40,008 bases of DNA from an uncultured Gammaproteobacteria bacterium (GTDB lineage Bacteria; Patescibacteriota; Patescibacteriia; UBA11705; JABHMO01). Positions 37,991 through 40,008 of the stretch are shown piece after piece. The notes beneath the pieces are model-generated. The model ran no database searches. It was not told where the DNA came from and saw only the letters and a list, made by a program, of their open reading frames with translations. Numbering within the stretch: position 1 is the stretch's first letter; each line of letters begins with the position of its first letter. The DNA lies in the NCBI GenBank assembly GCA_964590105.1, contig CAZPYM010000004.1, forward strand, positions 1 through 40,008, in the 5' to 3' direction. The position numbers and the translations under genes are program-made.

Positions 37991-38911
37991 ATGAAGAAGG
38001 CATTTGTGTTCTTTGCAATTTCGATCTTTGTCGGTTTCGGCTTCTCTGCCTGTTCCGGCTTCTCGGCTGACGACGGGGGCGTCAAATTCGCCTGCGCCGA
38101 CTCCTGCGACATGATGGTCAAATGCGGCGCGGACAGCGACGCGGACAAATGCAAAAAAAACTGCTCCGCTGATTACGGCGATGAAAATTCCCTGTGGACC
38201 TGCAACGCCGACTGTTGGCTGAATGCCGGCTCGTGTTCGGACGGCGAAAGCTGTGTCAAGTACAAATGCGATGATCCGGAAAATCCTAACCCTTGCGATT
38301 CCATCACCCTGCCCGGCTCTTGCGGCGACGGGTGTTGCGATCAGCAGGGAGGAGAAAATTCTGAAAACTGTTGGGACGACTGCCAAGACGCTCCCTACTA
38401 TTGCGGCGACGGAAAGTGCGAAGGAATCATCAACATATATCATAGCGAAACCCACGGCTCCTGCCCGGCTGACTGCGGTCTCTGCGGAGACGGCAAGTGC
38501 GAGCTGGATGAAAATTGCAACGACTGCGAGGACGACTGCGCCTGCGCAGATGGACAGCTTTGCAATGAAACCTCGTTCGTCTGCGAAGACGATCCTCTGG
38601 CAGAGTACTACTGGCTGGAGGGAATGTGGAAACGCACAGAAGTAAATGGAATCCCCGATGGCCAAATTGTAGAAGTAACCATTGATCACTGGGATGATGA
38701 AAAAGGCGCAATGGTAAAAAACTTCAAACCACTTGGTGGGTGCTGGATAAAAAAAAATTCTGAAACTTCAGAATTCTCATTGTTTGTAGAATTCGATGAC
38801 GGCAACTATGCCGAAGGTTGGGCAATTGAGGCCACCGAAACGGTTGAGTTTGACTCTTGTGATGCCGGTGGGACTCTCTGTTCGCACACCGTTTACATAA
38901 AGCTCAAGTAA
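37991..38911 (+). CDS. Cys-rich secreted lipoprotein with three CGDGxC...C..DC modules (306 aa)
   Basis: RBS GAGGAGAAAATC. Signal peptide with GFSAC. Modules CGDGCCDQQGGENSENCWDDC, CGDGKCEG...CPADC and CGDGKCELDENCNDCEDDC. Confidence 0.7.
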   Translation: MKKAFVFFAISIFVGFGFSACSGFSADDGGVKFACADSCDMMVKCGADSDADKCKKNCSADYGDENSLWTCNADCWLNAGSCSDGESCVKYKCDDPENPNPCDSITLPGSCGDGCCDQQGGENSENCWDDCQDAPYYCGDGKCEGIINIYHSETHGSCPADCGLCGDGKCELDENCNDCEDDCACADGQLCNETSFVCEDDPLAEYYWLEGMWKRTEVNGIPDGQIVEVTIDHWDDEKGAMVKNFKPLGGCWIKKNSETSEFSLFVEFDDGNYAEGWAIEATETVEFDSCDAGGTLCSHTVYIKLK

Positions 38912-38913
38912 TT

Positions 38914-38952
38914 AAAATCCGCCAGCGCGCAACGCGCGCCGGCGGATTTTTT
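38914..38952. terminator. bidirectional terminator between convergent Cys-rich protein genes
   Basis: ATCCGCC-A-GCGCGC-AAC-GCGCGC-C-GGCGGAT flanked by AAAA and TTTTTT. Confidence 0.8.
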
Positions 38953-38966
38953 ATACATCACTCATT

Positions 38967-40008
38967 CTAAGGAATTACATAAATAAATCCATCATAATAT
39001 TCAGCCGCATTTTTATTATCCGAGTATTTTAAATCACAATCATCATAGCCATTGTTCCCACTATCATCATAATACCCATCTTCATCAACCGCATCTCCAT
39101 ACGCATCATGATCCGCATTACACCAGCCCCAATTGTCTTTGATCTGCACAGCCGGCTTGAAGCGACAGCCGCGCTGGCCACCTTGGCCAGGAACCTCGGT
39201 CTGGCAGTATGACGCTGTGGCCGCTTCCGAGGTTCCGCACTCCGGCACGCCGGAGATTGTCTGGCACATATACATGTGCTTGTAATTGAAATACCCTTCC
39301 TTGCAAGCGTCGACTGTGTCGCCGAAGCGGTCGGCTTTGCACGACTCCTTTAGAGTTGCGGCATCCGAATCATAATCACAGTCAGCGTCAACCCAACATT
39401 TCATTATTCCACCCTGATCGGCTGTTAAATGATCACATTCATCACTATCCGGTGAACAAGCATAGCCATAATACAATCCCGGTCCCGGCTTGTTACAAAC
39501 ACCCAGTTCCTCCCCGGCCGATCGCTGGCACCGCGGCTTGTGGTTTTGGTACAAACCTTCCAATGGCCCCAGCGTTTTGCTGTCGCCCCAGTCAACCGTA
39601 ACACTCCGGATCGGCATCTGATCATCATCAGCCCATGCATAGAACTTCAAACTAATATCCAGTTGGCCGTCAAATCCTACAACATCGCCTTCAAGCGCAG
39701 TAAAGTCAGGCGTTGATACGGTCAATTTATCCGGCGCCGCCGCGTAGAGCGGATTGCCGGCTTCGTCGGATTTCTGAGTATTTACGAATCCTGCCACGGT
39801 CGGAGGATTTTGAAGCGCTGTTTCACTAATATCCCAAATATTACCGGCATCTTTATTCTCATAAAATGTCTCTACAGAATTGCTGGGATATGTATTGTTG
39901 TATATATGGCAGACAGCGGCTTGATCTTTTCCGGACACTGTCTTTGCACTGCCGCATGCGCTATTATTTAATGTAAAATACCCCTTTATGCAAGCGCCAT
40001 TCCAGAAG
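38967..40008 (-). CDS. Cys-rich secreted protein, 5'-truncated by the window edge (347 codons visible)
   Basis: The frame stays open from the GTG at 39938 up to position 40008, so the true start lies outside the window. It contains a PKD-like WGDSKT segment and many Cys/Asp. Confidence 0.7.
   Translation of the reverse strand, partial: FWNGACIKGYFTLNNSACGSAKTVSGKDQAAVCHIYNNTYPSNSVETFYENKDAGNIWDISETALQNPPTVAGFVNTQKSDEAGNPLYAAAPDKLTVSTPDFTALEGDVVGFDGQLDISLKFYAWADDDQMPIRSVTVDWGDSKTLGPLEGLYQNHKPRCQRSAGEELGVCNKPGPGLYYGYACSPDSDECDHLTADQGGIMKCWVDADCDYDSDAATLKESCKADRFGDTVDACKEGYFNYKHMYMCQTISGVPECGTSEAATASYCQTEVPGQGGQRGCRFKPAVQIKDNWGWCNADHDAYGDAVDEDGYYDDSGNNGYDDCDLKYSDNKNAAEYYDGFIYVIP

Noticed and set aside
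37967-38711. ORFs 37967-38689 (-), 38223-38645 (+), 38430-38711 (-) and 37918-38154 (-) overlapping the 306-aa lipoprotein gene
   Set aside because: Same reason: open alternative frames in GC-rich, Cys/Asp/Gly codon-rich sequence, with no initiation signals.
36899-39599. Diversity-generating retroelement (template/variable repeat pair), suggested by the 29-nt near-duplicate
   Set aside because: No reverse transcriptase gene is in the window and the match is only 29 nt. The two differences are transitions (C/T and G/A), not the adenine-specific pattern expected between TR and VR.
1-40008. Alternative genetic code (UGA as Gly or Trp, tables 25/4), prompted by the in-frame TGA in tdk and the in-frame TGA between 7041-8030 and tmk
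   Set aside because: About 35 kb of long ORFs are intact under the standard code with only that one internal TGA. TGA also terminates several ORFs at sensible ends (8028, 21940, 26327 and 35371). A reassigned UGA would appear many times inside genes.

Overview
This window reads as a fragment of a small, AT-rich, streamlined bacterial chromosome. Its gene content and style are what I associate with Patescibacteria/CPR, but that placement is inference because no search was possible. The standard code (table 11) fits.

Backbone genes:
- secE-nusG-rplK-rplA (196-2489)
- a co-directional nine-gene pyrimidine deoxynucleotide block (3424-9318): ThyA-like, DHFR-like, Dcd-like, dCMP deaminase, P-loop nucleotide kinase, Dut, an unknown, Tmk, and Tdk with an internal TGA
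- gatB, miaB-miaA, mraY-murD-ftsW, iscR-iscU-nfu-nifS, a divergent Prs, and rpmA

Interleaved with these are GC-richer segments. Their genes carry strong Shine-Dalgarno sites, which most backbone genes lack. They include:
- Cys-rich repeat lipoproteins, two C39-like peptidase-domain surface proteins and two paralogous lipoproteins
- HAD, HAD-kinase, GNAT and AstE/AspA-family genes
- a radical SAM-SPASM plus methyltransferase operon led by a 34-codon ORF (RiPP-like)
- a YerC/TrpR-like gene
- a RAYT (IS200-like Y1 transposase) that is flanked by, and itself contains, GTAG-headed REP-like hairpins

I saw no rRNA, tRNA or CRISPR array.

Best candidates for something new:
1. A ThyA-fold enzyme with Asp at the pyrimidine-discriminating position (a dCMP hydroxymethylase/methylase signature). 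It sits in a gene set that mirrors the T-even phage modified-cytosine toolkit, at the place where rplJ-rplL would be expected.
2. The RiPP-like rSAM-SPASM operon, which has a promoter, operator palindrome, precursor ORF and intercistronic attenuator hairpin.
3. The REP/RAYT locus, with an in-frame palindrome and a 15-nt repeat inside the transposase gene.

There are also recoding-type anomalies: an in-frame TGA in tdk, an A9 frameshift in an HExxH gene, and murD without a canonical start. Recurrent 7-nt and 9-nt tandem arrays occur in intergenic leaders.

All product calls come from motif recognition by eye. Boundaries come from the ORF track plus my own start-codon and RBS inspection.
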